Of a stretch of DNA of 64,000 nucleotides, positions 49,916 to 63,063 are shown in pieces. Within the stretch, counting starts at the first letter, position 1. Every line of letters starts with the position of its first letter. This DNA comes from Octopus bimaculoides (taxonomy: Eukaryota): positions 39,542,585-39,606,584 of the forward strand of contig NC_068990.1 of the NCBI RefSeq assembly GCF_001194135.2. The letters run 5' to 3'. The position numbers were made by a program, and so were the translations under genes. Under the pieces are notes generated by a model that had not been told where the DNA came from, searched no databases, and saw nothing but the letters and a program-made list of their open reading frames with translations.

Positions 49916-51091
49916 GCTAATAGAACTTTCTTACAAAAGTATTTTGATACTGCGAAATAGAAATAAAAAAGAATAATAACTGCTCTTTCTGGGTGTGCTA
50001 ATAAGTCACAGAGAGTGTGGATAGATATCATCCATTAGATACATACCCATATGCACTGGGTAATATTTAAATTTTCGATTCCTACCATGCATACAACATG
50101 AACACAAATCTTCCATGGCATGTATTATTAAGCCGAACTCATAAGCAGCCATCCTGATACATTGCAATACCAAATAATTAGGATTAGAAAGAATGTTCAG
50201 AGTAACAACTACTCTGCAAGCATAGCATCAGCTTTCAAAAGCTGATAAGGGTTCACAGCATTAATAAAAAAAATAGAAAACATTATATGATCTACGTACA
50301 CTAACATTTGAGCTATGTCACAAAAACTCAGATGATCTACACAGAATGATATTCAAAAGCAGGTCTAACATTCAGTGGAATCTCTCAAGGGTGGAGGAGA
50401 ACCCTGCCAGATAATATCACGGTCGAATATTATGTACTTGTGGCAGTGAATATGAAGGTGAGGCCTGTCAGCCCCTAAAATATTTGGCAAGAGGAACATT
50501 GTGAAGGCATAATCCATGGAGTGGGAGAAAAATCAGGCATGGTTAATTATTTGAGAGAGCAAAAGGAAATTGGTGGATAAGGTGACTGAAAGAATCAGCA
50601 GATATACTGGACTTTAAAAACCACCACAATAGGGATAACATAGAGCTGAACACCAAATGGGTACCTTTAGTTAAGAAAGAGAGGATATTAGACCTTTGAC
50701 CATATAAGAAGTTAGGCCAAAAGCACCAAATTCCTACTATGTAATTGTGCTACAGGACAATAGAAGATAGTTAATGTAAGTGTTGTATGTTAAATGAGGA
50801 GTGGGTTGAGTAACTAGTAAGTGTGGTCTCTATCCTTGGATCAGTCAAGCTAAATATGTCCAGGATGAAGTGTTATAAACTAGCTGCAAATTATTCATGC
50901 ATCACAAGAATGGAAGCAATTAGTGAAGCTGTTTTCGTGTGAAAAGTGAATACGCATACATCTCTATTTTATATATTATTAGATTAGATTAGATATATAT
51001 ATATTTGATTAATGAAAGAGATGGCAGATGGAAGATACAAGAATGTTTCTTAATCACTACAATTGTTTCAACACATCTAGCATCGATTCAA

Positions 51092-51250
51092 CCACTAGCA
51101 TAGCTACAGTGTGTGCCGCCTGGGGCAGCCCTTACATTTGTCGCCCCCGAACCCCACAAAAGCCACATATTGCCTGCAGCAGACCCAAAAGTGCCATCTG
51201 GGGCAGACCATCCCTACCACCCCCCATCCTAGCTACACTAGCAAATTCAA
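51092..51250. mobile_element. Possible decayed hAT MITE
   Basis: CTAGCATAGCTA ... TAGCTACACTAG inverted ends, a repeated GCC(G/A)(C/T)CTGGGGCAG internal motif, and ATTCAA on both flanks. Confidence 0.4.
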
Positions 51251-51494
51251 AACAGGTGGTATACTTAACAAATGGTTTAAGAGTATCCGTTGGTGTAGAT
51301 GTGTCTCTTCAGGTGATTGCAAGATGTATCTTATTAAAATACCGACTATTTCACAAGATATCTTTTTAGTTTGTGTATAATAAAGCAGTAAATTAAGGGA
51401 CATAGCCTCATTTTTATAGAAGATCAATAATAAATGCCAGATGCTAAAAGAAACGAATACACAATATATAGGTATGTACATATACACACCACCA

Positions 51495-51720
51495 CCACCA
51501 TCATCATCATCATCATTATCTAACATCTACTTTTCCATGCTTGCATGGGTCAGATGGAATGTTTTTGAGGCAGATTTTCTCTGGCCAGATACTTTTCCAG
51601 TCACCAACCCTCACACCTGTTTCCAAGTCTCATGACCAGACATATTTTCAGAGGAAGGACACTGCTTGCATGACAGTGACACTTGTTTACAAGTGTCAAG
51701 TGATGTTAAGATAAGGAGAC
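51495..51720 (-). mobile_element. Family D-related SINE-like element with (GAT)n tail
   Basis: CATCATCAT..TAACATCTACTTTTCCATGCTTGCATGGG is the inverse of the family D 3' end. Confidence 0.6.
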
Positions 51721-51758
51721 TGTAACACATACATACATAGACAAATAGATAGAGAGAT

Positions 51759-51970
51759 TCTTTTACCTTTTACTTGGTTCAGTCATTTGTCTGTGGCCTT
51801 GCTGGAGCACCATTTAGATGTAGGTATATATGATGGGCTTCCTTCAATTTCCTCTCTAGCAAATCTACTCACAAGACTCTGGTTGGCCTAAGGTACCACA
51901 GAGTGAGACTGAACCTAGAACTATGTTTTTAAGAAGCAAGCGTCTTACCACACAGCCACACCTGCACCTA
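51759..51970 (-). mobile_element. SINE family A short form (lacks the post-microsatellite module)
   Basis: Head and body are joined almost directly to the GGTGCTCCAGCAAGGCCACAGAC..GACTGAACC tail. Confidence 0.72.
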
Positions 51971-51974
51971 CCAA

Positions 51975-52010
<36 letters not shown>

Positions 52011-52095
52011 TAGCACCATACATATAAATATACATAGACATATATATGCATGTGTGTGTGTAAACCTGTTCTGTGTATGTATATACATGCACATG

Positions 52096-52126
<31 letters not shown>

Positions 52127-52403
52127 ATGTTGGTAAAAAGAAACAATGCAACTGAATGATAGATATTAGATAAAGCTAAGTTGTTGAAGGAGAACATGAC
52201 AGTAGGGGCAAAGTGGGTAGGACTTGGAAAGATTAATGAGATCAAACACAAGAATATTGTGATTTTATAGATGTGATGTTGAAACTTATACACACACACA
52301 CACACGTATATGTTGTAAACTTGTACACTTGCCCAGCCCATGCCAAATCACAAAGACTTTTAAAATAAAGATGAATTTAATGGATGTAATATATGTCTGT
52401 GTG

Positions 52404-52440
<37 letters not shown>

Positions 52441-52459
52441 GGAGGTACATATACATACA

Positions 52460-52469
52460 NNNNNNNNNN
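52460..52469. other. Assembly gap
   Basis: N run. Confidence 1.
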
Positions 52470-52484
52470 ATATATATGTATATG

Positions 52485-52516
<32 letters not shown>

Positions 52517-52988
52517 TGTATGTATGTGCATACACATTATACATAAAAAGAAACATACAAATGCACATACATACTTACACATATACACACACATAGATAC
52601 ATGCATACATATAAATCCATGCATATACTCTCATTACTTAAGCGATGGAAATGAAAATAAGACAACAAAGATCTGAATTTTCAGAAGACTGGAATGCAAA
52701 GAAGCTGTGTAAGCAACCACTAGATTTTTATAGAAAAACAAATTTAGATTCTAAACATTCTATATCATATAAAAGCATGTGCAACACAAAGATCTTCTTT
52801 GATGTTTCTTGTTCTTGTTAGTGTTGGTTTACCCCAAGTGAAGTGTGATTTGAAGGTTATTTGGCTGCTACTTCAAATAGAATCTAGCTCCCTCATTCAC
52901 TAACGTTTTTTTGAGTCTTACATTTTGTTCAATGTAGCAGCCAAATTCTCCCTCAAAAATATCCCCAGATTGGCAATATGCATGAAAA

Positions 52989-53183
52989 GGCAGCAAGCTG
53001 GGCAAAATGCTTAGCAATACTTCATCTGTCTTTACATTCTGAGTTCAAATTCCACCAATGTCGACTTTGCCTTTCATCCTTTTGGGGTCAATAAATTAAG
53101 TACCAGTTACATACTGGGATCGATCTAATTGACTGGCCCCTCCCCTAAAATTTCCCGTCTTGTGCCTAGAGTAGAAAAGAATA
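52989..53183 (+). mobile_element. SINE family B
   Basis: Core GCCTTTCATCCTTTTGGGGTCAATAAATTAAGTACC; the tail matches that of 6954-7165. Confidence 0.87.
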
Positions 53184-53584
53184 TGCATGACTAAAGTCTT
53201 CTTGACTACCTCTGATTGATTAAGGATACTCATCCACAATTACTTGCAATATGATCTATTGTGATCAAACATTTCTAAACTCATGGGTTATGAGCTAAAC
53301 TGGGTTACAGGATATTTCTCAAAAGGTTGCATATACAAAACCTTTTACTTTTAAAGCATTTAATGAAAAATAACTGTTTACAATTGTTATGCTATAACCT
53401 ATAGATTTTTATAGATAAAAAATCAAATAAGCTGAGTCAATTTAATGGGGTTATTCAACCTTGATTTTAGTCTAAACGTTTATTTTTCTCTCTAAAGAAC
53501 AAGTATCTGAAACATAAGACGTTTATAGATTAAATTATTGCATATAGTAGACCACTATAGTTTCCTGACATCTTGATTTTATAT

Positions 53585-53955
53585 TGCACAATACAGGCTA
53601 CATAAATTACACAGTTGAAGCTTGTGCACTATTCTTTATACAATAGATGATAGGTAACATAAATGGCACAATACCAAGGTTACTTTATACAAAAGGCTAT
53701 AGGCTACTTAAATGTGGCAACTGTGTAATATACACCATTCCATATGTAACAAACCAAAGGCTACATAAAGTCCACTACTGCGGAATACACTATTCCTTAT
53801 AACATGGCTATAGGCTACATTAGGACCTCAACTGAAAGGTATATACTCTTCCTTGTGCAATAAAACTATAAGCTACAAAAGTTATAAGACAAAACTTATA
53901 AAACTATAAGCTTTATAATGCCCAAAACTGAGGGATATACACTTTTCCCTATACA
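53585..53955. repeat. Degenerate minisatellite of about 55-60 bp
   Basis: TAGGCTACATAAA and TACACTATTCC motifs recur periodically. Confidence 0.55.
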
Positions 53956-54679
53956 TCTTCCACTCTTGGAAGAAAAAGAAAAATGAATAAAGAAAGACAA
54001 TGGATATTTGTCTTAGAAAATATTAAATATTTTTTATACTTTTCTCATTGTCTCTTTTTTTTTATTATTAAAAATAGGCTCAGACAAAACTATTTACAAA
54101 CATGAGACTGTTGCTCAAATGTATTTTTTCAGTTTGCTAGAAATAGCAGTCAAATTTCCATTAAACAAAAAAGTGAAATGACACAAAGGGTAGATTAGAG
54201 TTGGAATATCTTTTGATTATCAATTTGTTACATCATGAAGGCACTTTGGGTGAACAAAAACAAAAGACATGCAATTTTCCAGGATGTGCTATGACAGAAC
54301 AGATAGAAAAGCACGTTAATGGCTCCAGGATAAGTCCAAGTAACATAAAGAAGTTTTCATTAGAGGTGTTGTTCAGTTCAAAGTTAGTCCTCAATAAGCA
54401 ACGATATTCCAACAGGGAACCAAAGTATTGAATACAACATCTATTTTCTATACATTCCGCACACACATGTATGTATATATGTATGGAGCTACATATCCAG
54501 TGTACCTCAGAATGGTACTCTGTAATTTGATACTGATTTGGTTACTATTTTTTGCAGATTGAGCGGCCATACATTGGTTATGTCTTCTACCAGCATTTAA
54601 GTAAGTGGGTGCAGAGAGAATGTACTGGAAATTTTCATGTCTCCTAGAATGCAGAATAACAAAAATTTAATTGACAATA

Positions 54680-55246
54680 GGTGCAGGAGTGGCTGTGTGG
54701 TAAGTTGCATGGTTACCAACGACATGGTCCCGGGTTCAGTCCCACTGCGTGGCATCTTGGGCAAGTGTCTTCTACTATAGCCTTGGGCTGATCAAAGCCT
54801 TGTGAGTGGATTTGGTAGACGAAACTGAAAGAAGCCCGTCATATATATGTATATATATANNNNNNNNNNNNNNNNNNNNNNNNNNNNNNNNNNNNNNNNN
54901 NNNNNNNNNNNNNNNNNNNNNNNNNNNNNNNNNNNNNNNNNNNNNNNNNNNNNNNNNNNNNNNNNNNNNNNNNNNNNNNNNNNNNNNNNNNNNNNNNNNN
55001 NNNNNNNNNNNTGTGTGTGTGTGTGTGTGTGTGTGTTTATGTTTGTTCCCCTAGCATTGCTTGACAACTGATGCTGGTGTGTTTATGTCCCTGTCACTTA
55101 GCAGTTCGGCAAGAGAGACCAATAGAATAAGTACTAGGCTTACAAAGAATAAGTCCTGGGGGTCAATTTGCTTGACTAAAAGGCGGTGCTCCAGCATGGC
55201 CGCAGTCAAATGACTGAAACAAGTAAAAGAGTAAAAGAGTAAAGAG
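54680..55246 (+). mobile_element. SINE family A, full length, with an assembly gap (54860-55011) in its internal microsatellite
   Basis: Head and body lie before the gap; the second module and tail lie after it. Confidence 0.92.
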
Positions 55247-55669
55247 AGATGCAAATTAATGATGCATTTAAAATTTTTAAAAGGTATTACTTGGTTGGTC
55301 AGGAAGTATTTCATTGTAGTCTCCTTTATGAAAGAGTCAAATATTTTGGTAAGGAGTGTGTGGAAAGGTAACAGACATGGGTAGAATGAGAGAGATTAGA
55401 TCAAATGGCATTTCAACAAGTTTACAAGAAGGGGATGTTCTGTTGTAACTGGTAGAAGGGACAGAGATCGTGGGAGAGTCACCCATGATGATAGTGGTGA
55501 AGGGGCGGATTGTTGGAGCACTTTTATTCAGAGATCTGTAGATGAATGAGTAAATGAATAAATATTTGTTTTATTTTATGGTTACCCTTCCAGAGTATGA
55601 TGGACAGGAAATAAGGTTGAAGGTACTCAGACCATCAATGGGGATGATGGGTGGGTGGTTGGTGGAAAC

Positions 55670-56102
55670 AAGGGATATGATAACGATGATAATGGTGATC
55701 ATCACGATAACAACACTACAGTGATGATGATGGTGATGGTGATGGCAACAAGTACAATGACGGAGATGATGACGATGATGATGATGATGATGATGATGAC
55801 AACGAAGACAACAACAGTGATGACGACGATGGTTATGATGATTACAATGACAACAGCAATAACGACAACAATACCGCTACTGACAATAACACTGATGATG
55901 ATGCTGATGACGAGAATAGCAATGATGAAAATAAAAATGACCATGAATAAGGTTAGGGGATTTTCGTCATAATGATGACAACGATGGTACTGGTAATGAT
56001 GAGGATGTTTGAGAAGAGAATGACAAAAGATGATGTGCAAGATGATAAAAAAAACAAAAAGAATAATGATGATGATGATAATGACAATGGTGATGATGAT
56101 GA
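55670..56102. repeat. (GAT)/(GAC)/(AAC) trinucleotide low-complexity tract
   Basis: Visible. Confidence 0.9.
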
Positions 56103-56740
56103 ACAATTTTTATTTATGTATTTTATTGTTATCTTTTATTCGTATTTTCTTTATTATTTATTCATTCATTTGTTTTTGTTTCTTATTTCAATCAATATGC
56201 AATTCTTTCACCAAGCATCTTTCGATTAAACGACTTAGGGTTCCAATATTTCATTCATTTGGTTGGCAGTTAGCGAAAAGATACGCTAAACTTCTCATAC
56301 AAAGTATAAGAAAAATTACAGTAAAAGCAAGAGGAAATAAACCAAAAACACAGAAGGAAAAAAAAAGGAAGAATTTTGCTTCAGTTTATCAGAAGTATAT
56401 TTGCTAAAAGCAATTACTAACAACTTTTGGCAAAATCCTGAAGTATATCTTGCATGTGATATACTGAATGATATCCATCAGCCATGTAGGATTTGGTATG
56501 ATATATGGACTTAGACTTGATATCACACATAGACATACACACACACACACACATGGATACATTGATACATACGTGAATACATAAAAATACCACACATACA
56601 CACATATGCACACAGACATGTATACAAGTGTATGGTGATATTAGTTGTTTTAATAATCAATTTGAGACACGAAAAGATATATACACACACTCAAATGCAT
56701 ATATGTATGTATGTATGTATGTATGTACATATGTATGTAT

Positions 56741-56777
<37 letters not shown>

Positions 56778-56796
56778 CATATGCATATATATGTAT

Positions 56797-56842
<46 letters not shown>

Positions 56843-58724
56843 TGCTGGTATATGGTTTGCAAGATCATTCTTAACATAAAATTTGTTGTTTAGCCCATGG
56901 TCAGCCCTGTTTGAATGACCAATAAGTCAAAGACATCCCAGCTGTGACTATTCCCTATTTTTGTTTTTTTAGATATTGATGTAGTTATGTATACAATATG
57001 TTTTTACTTTCTTAAATTTTAGAGTATGAATTAAATAAAATAAAGTGCTATTTCTTGCAGATCAAGCAACCACAGAAAGACTCTTATTATTGTTTAGATA
57101 ATCAATTTGTTTGCATGTTTGATAATTAAACAGACTAATTATGTATCTGATCATTTCTTTGCTTTCCTATAAACGAGCAGCACAGAACCACACCATCCAA
57201 TATGTTCTTTTTATATGGAACTACTTTTTATTAAATAATATTTTATCTGTTTACACTTCAAGAAATTAATTTACATCAAACTTCGAAACAGTTTATCATG
57301 CAAAATTTTCCTAAATACATTCCTTTGTAAAGTAATTTTTATCTATGAAACAATTTTAAAAATAGAAAAAAATTTTGATACAAAATAAAAATAGATTTGC
57401 CATCCCAAAATTTAATTTGAAAAAAAATAAAATATCCAATTTTAAAATTTGTATACAATAATCAATTGGTTTCTATTTACATTCTGAAGGTAAATGTGTA
57501 CATGAATGTGTGTATGTGTGTGTGTATGTGTAAAATTAATTCACTGCAGATGTGTACATGAATTTATTTAATCATACAGGCCCAAACCTCATGGTTACAA
57601 AATAAACTATGGATCCTTGAAGCAAATGTTCATCTTTCAGCTTTTCAACATGTTCTTCAAATGTAAAATATATTTTCTATTTAAAATTGTTGCCATCTGT
57701 ATTATTTATATTATATTAAGAAGAATATTTCTATATTTAGAACTGTTGGCACTTATTTTATATTAAATATTCTATATTTAAAATTGTCCTGTAGATAAAA
57801 TTATTTTACAAAATATTATATTTAAAGAATATATGTGATCCATAGCACTTACTTTATATTAAAATTTATTCTATATTTACCATTGTTCTATAGCTATAAT
57901 ATCTTGCGAACAAATATTTTCATGAAATTTTTCTATGAAAATTCATTTTAATAAAAAAAATAGTCATTCACTGAAGTGTTGTTTAACAAAAAATGATTCA
58001 ATATGAGGCTGTGTTACTGTAAACTATGATTTGTTGAAGATTTGGTTGGTATTTCTTGCAGGTCTATTAACCACAGAGATGCATGCATCGTTTGTGGTTT
58101 GTATTGCTGTTTTGGTAGAAGAGCTGGTTCAAATCTGCTTAAATAGACATACAGAATAGAGAATTAGGGGAGAGTAGATATCACAAATAGTTTGGAATTG
58201 CTGAAAAATGTAATATACTGTGGTTGATTTAATGAAATAAGGAGCCTTTATTCTTTGGGGTCTTGTGGCAGCATAAGAAATTCCTGATCTTACATTCTGT
58301 CCATTTATCACTTGTAAACATAGTTCCAGAAAGTAGATCAGCAAAATATTGTAGTTTTAGCTGTGACCATCTCACCATTTTTCTACATCTAACACTACAT
58401 TTCTCAATGTGAGTTTCAAATCGTGAAGAATATGACTTGAGGGAGCTTAAACTACTATTTCTAGTAGATCAAACAAAAGTGTAAAGGATCCCTCATTGAC
58501 ATGACCACAGAAGAGGACATTTTATGTGGATAAGACTTCATTGTTTGAGATTCACTGGTGATGATCATGTTTGGTAGCTATATGTATCATTTGAAACTGG
58601 TGTAATCATTAACATTCCAATTATTTTAATGTGGATTCATACTTTCCTTTCAGAAATTTATAAAAAAACTACAGAAATGATGATTTCGTGTTTGAGTTTT
58701 GAAGTGATTTTTTTTTTTTTTACT

Positions 58725-58835
58725 ATAGTTTCAGCTCAGAGCTGTGGCCATGCTGATGCACCACCGTTTAAAAAACGATAATCAATGTTATTCGATTTTC
58801 AAACCTTATTGGGTTCTCATCAGAGGCGTCTACAA
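58725..58835 (-). ncRNA. Hammerhead-ribozyme-like motif fused to a LINE/SINE-type 3' tail (probably decayed)
   Basis: Minus strand GACGCCT-CTGATGA-GAACC-CAATAA-GGTTT-GAAA-ATCG-AATAACAT-TGATT-A-TCGTTT, then GGTGGTGCATCAGCATGGCCACAGCTCTGAGCTGAAACTA. Confidence 0.4.
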
Positions 58836-59059
58836 CATTATGACACTGATGTTAATATTTCTGGATACATGTGGTTGGTTAAAAAATATAAACTGAAGTT
58901 TGTTGTATAGGTTGAAGTTGACATCACATATAAACAGTTCTCAATGATTTATTAGTTATAATATTCTTCTTGTTAAACAGAGTAAGGTGCTTTATGAGTG
59001 TCAGATATTATATGTATTTATGTTTGAATATATATATATATACATGTCTCTCTCTGTCA

Positions 59060-59447
59060 AACTCTAACTTTTCATCATCTGACACAAGTTCCCCTTCTCA
59101 CATGCCTCTGCTCCTCTCAAAATTCCTTGCCTTGTGATTTAGTTAGTGACCCTGCCAGTGCTGGTGTCACATAAAAAAAATATACAGTGCACACTGTAAA
59201 GTGGTTGGCATTTGGAAGGGCATCCAGTGGTAAAAATCATGCCAAAGTTAACCTCGCCTGTGCTGGTGCTACGTAAAAAGCACTGAGTCCACTTTGCAGA
59301 GTGGTTGGTGTAAGGGAGGGCATTCAGCCATAAAAACCCTGCCAAAACAGACTTAGTAACCTGAAGTAATTTTCTACCTGGCCAACTCCTGTCAACCGTC
59401 ATACCCATGCATGCATGCATGGAAGATGGACATTAAATGATGCTCAT
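59060..59447 (+). mobile_element. SINE-like family D with internal tandem duplication
   Basis: A module of about 100 bp (GCTGGTG..TAAAAA..GTGGTTGG..GGAAGGGCATCCAG..ATGCCAAA) occurs at 59160 and 59262. It ends GCATGGAAGATGGACATTAAATGATG. Confidence 0.72.
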
Positions 59448-59971
59448 GAGGAGGAGAATATTGTGTGTGTGTGTGTGCGTGCACACACGTGTGAGTAAGT
59501 GTGTGCATCTATATATATGTTTGTATATATGTATGTGTGCACATCTATGTTTGTATGTGTGCTTTAGCATATGAATATATGTATTGACACCAATCCAAGG
59601 AAGGTGAGTTGGTGCATTGAACATGCACTTTCACATGTACGAAAGTGAAGGGGGATACCAGGTTCTTAGTTGTAGGTTAGCTTGTGTGATTCTTTAAGCA
59701 CTTTCACCAACACTGCATCTACATCATCCTCAAACACATACTGGATTGATACTAGCACTGAGGTGTTTGAATAGGCAGAGGGCACCATCATTAAGACCAC
59801 ACATTTAAAGTCACAAGTGTGCAGAACAGGATGCATTTCCAGTATAGATTATTAACTATAAACTCCTAATAAAAATATGAAAAGCTGGTTTTGTACAATA
59901 AAATCATTTAAAATTGTATTTTTGAAAATTTGCTAAATAAACATTATTTATATATAATTTAATAGACATTA

Positions 59972-60136
59972 GGCACAGGAGTAGCTGTGTGGTAAATAGC
60001 TTGCTTACCAACCACATAGTTCTGGGTTCAGTCCCACTGCATGGCACCTTGGGCAAGTGTCTTCTATTATAGCCTCGAGCAGACCAAAGCATTGTGAGTG
60101 GATTTGGTAGACAGAAACTGAAAGAAGCCCATCGTA

Positions 60137-60187
<51 letters not shown>

Positions 60188-60407
60188 ATATGTTTGTGTG
60201 TTTGTGTTTGTCCCCCCAACTTCACTTGACAACTGATGCTGGTGTGTTTACGTCACCATAACTTAGCAGTTTGGCAAAAGAGACCAATAGAATAAGTACT
60301 AGGCTTACAAAGGATAAGTCCTGGGGTCAATTTGCTCGACTAAAGGCGGTGCTCCAGCATGGCCACAGTCAAATGACTGAAACAAGTAAAAGAGTAAAAA
60401 TAGAGTA
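59972..60407 (+). mobile_element. SINE family A, full length
   Basis: Collinear with the other copies. Confidence 0.92.
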
Positions 60408-61188
60408 TCAGGTATAAGAAATTTTGAAACATTGAAAGTGCACTGATTGGTACCCCCACCTCTGCACCCCATACAGTGTTAATTCATATCTAACTCACAT
60501 ATAGTGAACTTTTGAAAAATCATGTGGAAACCAGATATAGTTATTCTTGGTACTTTCATCATTTATATTTATAGTCAAATTCTTCTGGTGTTTATGTACT
60601 TATATACTTTCTGTGTACTATCTTATTGTCTAGGGTCAATATATTTTGCATATATTTTTATTGTTCTTGTGTGATACATCTAAAAATGTTAGCCATGTTG
60701 GTGGTAGTATTTATTGAAATAAATCTATCTTAAAATATTCTATCTTTATTTAAGATTATATACGCATTTAGTTACAATATAAGTGGGATCACACCAATTA
60801 TATTTGTAAAGGAGTTTAAACAAGCACATGCATGATTCATGTACAAACTAGCTGAACTTCTATGTCAAATTTTGTCATGAAAATAATTACACTGAAATAT
60901 TTCATTATTTAATTATAAGTAATTGACATTTTATCCAAGGAAATATACAAACACAAAAGAGATGTAATTACATATCTGTTTAATTATTAGAATTCTTTTT
61001 TTATGCTAAACCTTCACGTTATTTTTTCCCAATTATGTTTTTTTTTCCATGTAGAAAACTTTGTTTAGGAACATTATAGCTAGACATGTATAAAGTGTTT
61101 CAGGAAATCATATTATATGGGCATATATGTAAGTTTTACCTATATAATCTTTTAAACATACTTAACTATATGCAATTTTATAATCAGC

Positions 61189-62067
61189 TACGATATCTGA
61201 TCTATAAGTATCCGGACTACTGCCATAGTAACAAAGCTAAAACATGTAGAGTGAAGCTACTTGGCTGAGACTGACTTTGAACTGGACTGTGCATGTGCAC
61301 TAAGTCCTGACGTTCTAGCTCACTTCTAATGTTTATAGCAGTGCTTGGAAGTAATGTGTGTAGCGTTTGATTGTAGCATTGACCATAACAGAAAAAGTTG
61401 TCATGGTGATACCTGTTCACAGGCCTACACAAAGTTGAAGAAAGTGTATGGAGAGGAGTCTATGAGCCGCAAACAAGTGTATGAGCGGTTTAGACATTTC
61501 AAAGATGGTAAAAAAAATGTAGATATTGACGAACGTTCTGAGAGACTCGCAACCAGTGTAACTGAGAGAAGTATCGCAGATGTGCATACAACTGTGAGGG
61601 GAAATCTTTGAATCACCATCTGTGAGTTATCAAGAGAATGTGCAAATTAGAGATTAGTTACAGTTCAATTCAGTCCATTATCACTGAAGCATTGGGTATG
61701 AGATGAATGTCTCATACCAAAAAGACGCTCAGATTTCAGTTGCACAAGATCTCCTTGATTGAGTCAAGAACAATGAAAATTTTTCAAAAACTTTGCATAG
61801 GCCTCTGAGCAGGCATTGCCAAGCTTTTGGCAAGATTTGATGCAGATTCTCTGCTCAACATTCTCTGACATGGTCAATGCGATGATCACATGCTACATAC
61901 CTTCCTTCCAAGCACTGCTGTAAATATTGGAAGTAAGCTAGAACATTAAAACTTAGTGTGCATGCACAGAAGAGTTTAAGATTAATATGTGCCAAGCAGC
62001 TTTACTCTGCATGGTTTAGATTCATTACTATGGCAACAGTTTGGGTATTTATTGATCAAATCTCTTA
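61189..62067. mobile_element. Mariner-derived foldback element made of two inverted 5' ends (875 bp, TA flanks)
   Basis: Left arm 61191-61437 is the reverse complement of 61790-62065. Left relic SQAYTKLKKVYGEESMSRKQVYERFRHFKDG..SERLAT; right arm (minus strand) EQRICIKSCQKLGNACSEAYAK. Confidence 0.85.
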
Positions 62068-62221
62068 TAAAATATGTATTTTTACTTCATGCTGAGAGCA
62101 TTAGACTTTTTGTAAGAAAGCTAGCAAATGTATACAGCAACAAGGACAAAAATAAAGAACATGGTACACAATTACAAATACAAACAACAAGAATATAACT
62201 ATAGTTCAAATTTACAGAAAA

Positions 62222-62345
62222 ACAAAAGACGAAGAAAGATGTAGGAACAGCAACCAGGTTTATTAGTTTAATGCTTGGGGAAAAATGGAAAAGTCTTTTA
62301 TGTTTCGGGTCTTCGCTCTTCAACAGAAAGGAATAAGAGTGAAAA
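62222..62345 (-). mobile_element. Second copy of family P repeat
   Basis: Reverse complement matches 1420-1465. Confidence 0.6.
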
Positions 62346-62417
62346 AATGGAAAGAGAATAAAATAAATGGAGACAGGTAAAAAATTCAAGCCACCAATAT
62401 ATCATACTTTCATACTT

Positions 62418-63051
62418 TTCAGTGTATCAAGAGGGATAAAAATCAAACATCCAGTCAACATCATGGTGTTTGAAGTGATCACTATTGAAGGTGTCGTTAT
62501 GCCATCATTCATCTTCCCACATGGCATCAGACTCAACACAGAGGCCTATATCAAATGCCTGGAGGAGTTAGTACTACCCTGTGTCAAGGGGGTGGCTGCT
62601 GGAAGATCTTATGTCTGGCAACAGGACTCTGCACCATTCAACACAAGCAGGAGAATGCAGTCACCACTGTCAGACAATTTCTTTGACCACATCACCCCTA
62701 AAATCTGGCCACCTAATTCCCCAGATTGCAACCCCCTTGATTATTAGGTGTTGGGTGCAGTTGAGTGAGAGACCAACAAAACTCCTTGCAACATCGAAAA
62801 ATGAACTGAAGGCAAGGACTATGGTAGCATACACTAACTTAAACAAGGAGACTGTCCAGAAGAGATGAAGTAGATTCCAAAATCGTCTGGAGGCTCTGGG
62901 TGAAGTCAATGACGATTTTATTGAATAAATTTACTCTTTAGTATTTCAAGATAGTTTTATGTAATTTTGGTAAATATATCTAATAAAATGAGATGTCAGT
63001 ATTATTTTCATTTTTGCGTAATTTAGATAACAGTTCATTCACCGCATCCTG
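62418..63051 (+). mobile_element. DD37D (maT-type) transposon 3' half
   Basis: WQQDSAP (D at 62625) to WPPNSPDCNPLDY (D at 62739) gives 37 intervening residues. The right end CACCGCATCCTG matches 23650. Confidence 0.88.
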
Positions 63052-63063
63052 TTTATATATATA

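Noticed and set aside
50030-50420. Possible decayed LINE or exon in complex sequence
   Set aside because: No frame gave a defensible motif.
54201-54466. Overlapping 76-77 aa ORFs on both strands in unique sequence
   Set aside because: No recognisable domain or convincing splice sites.
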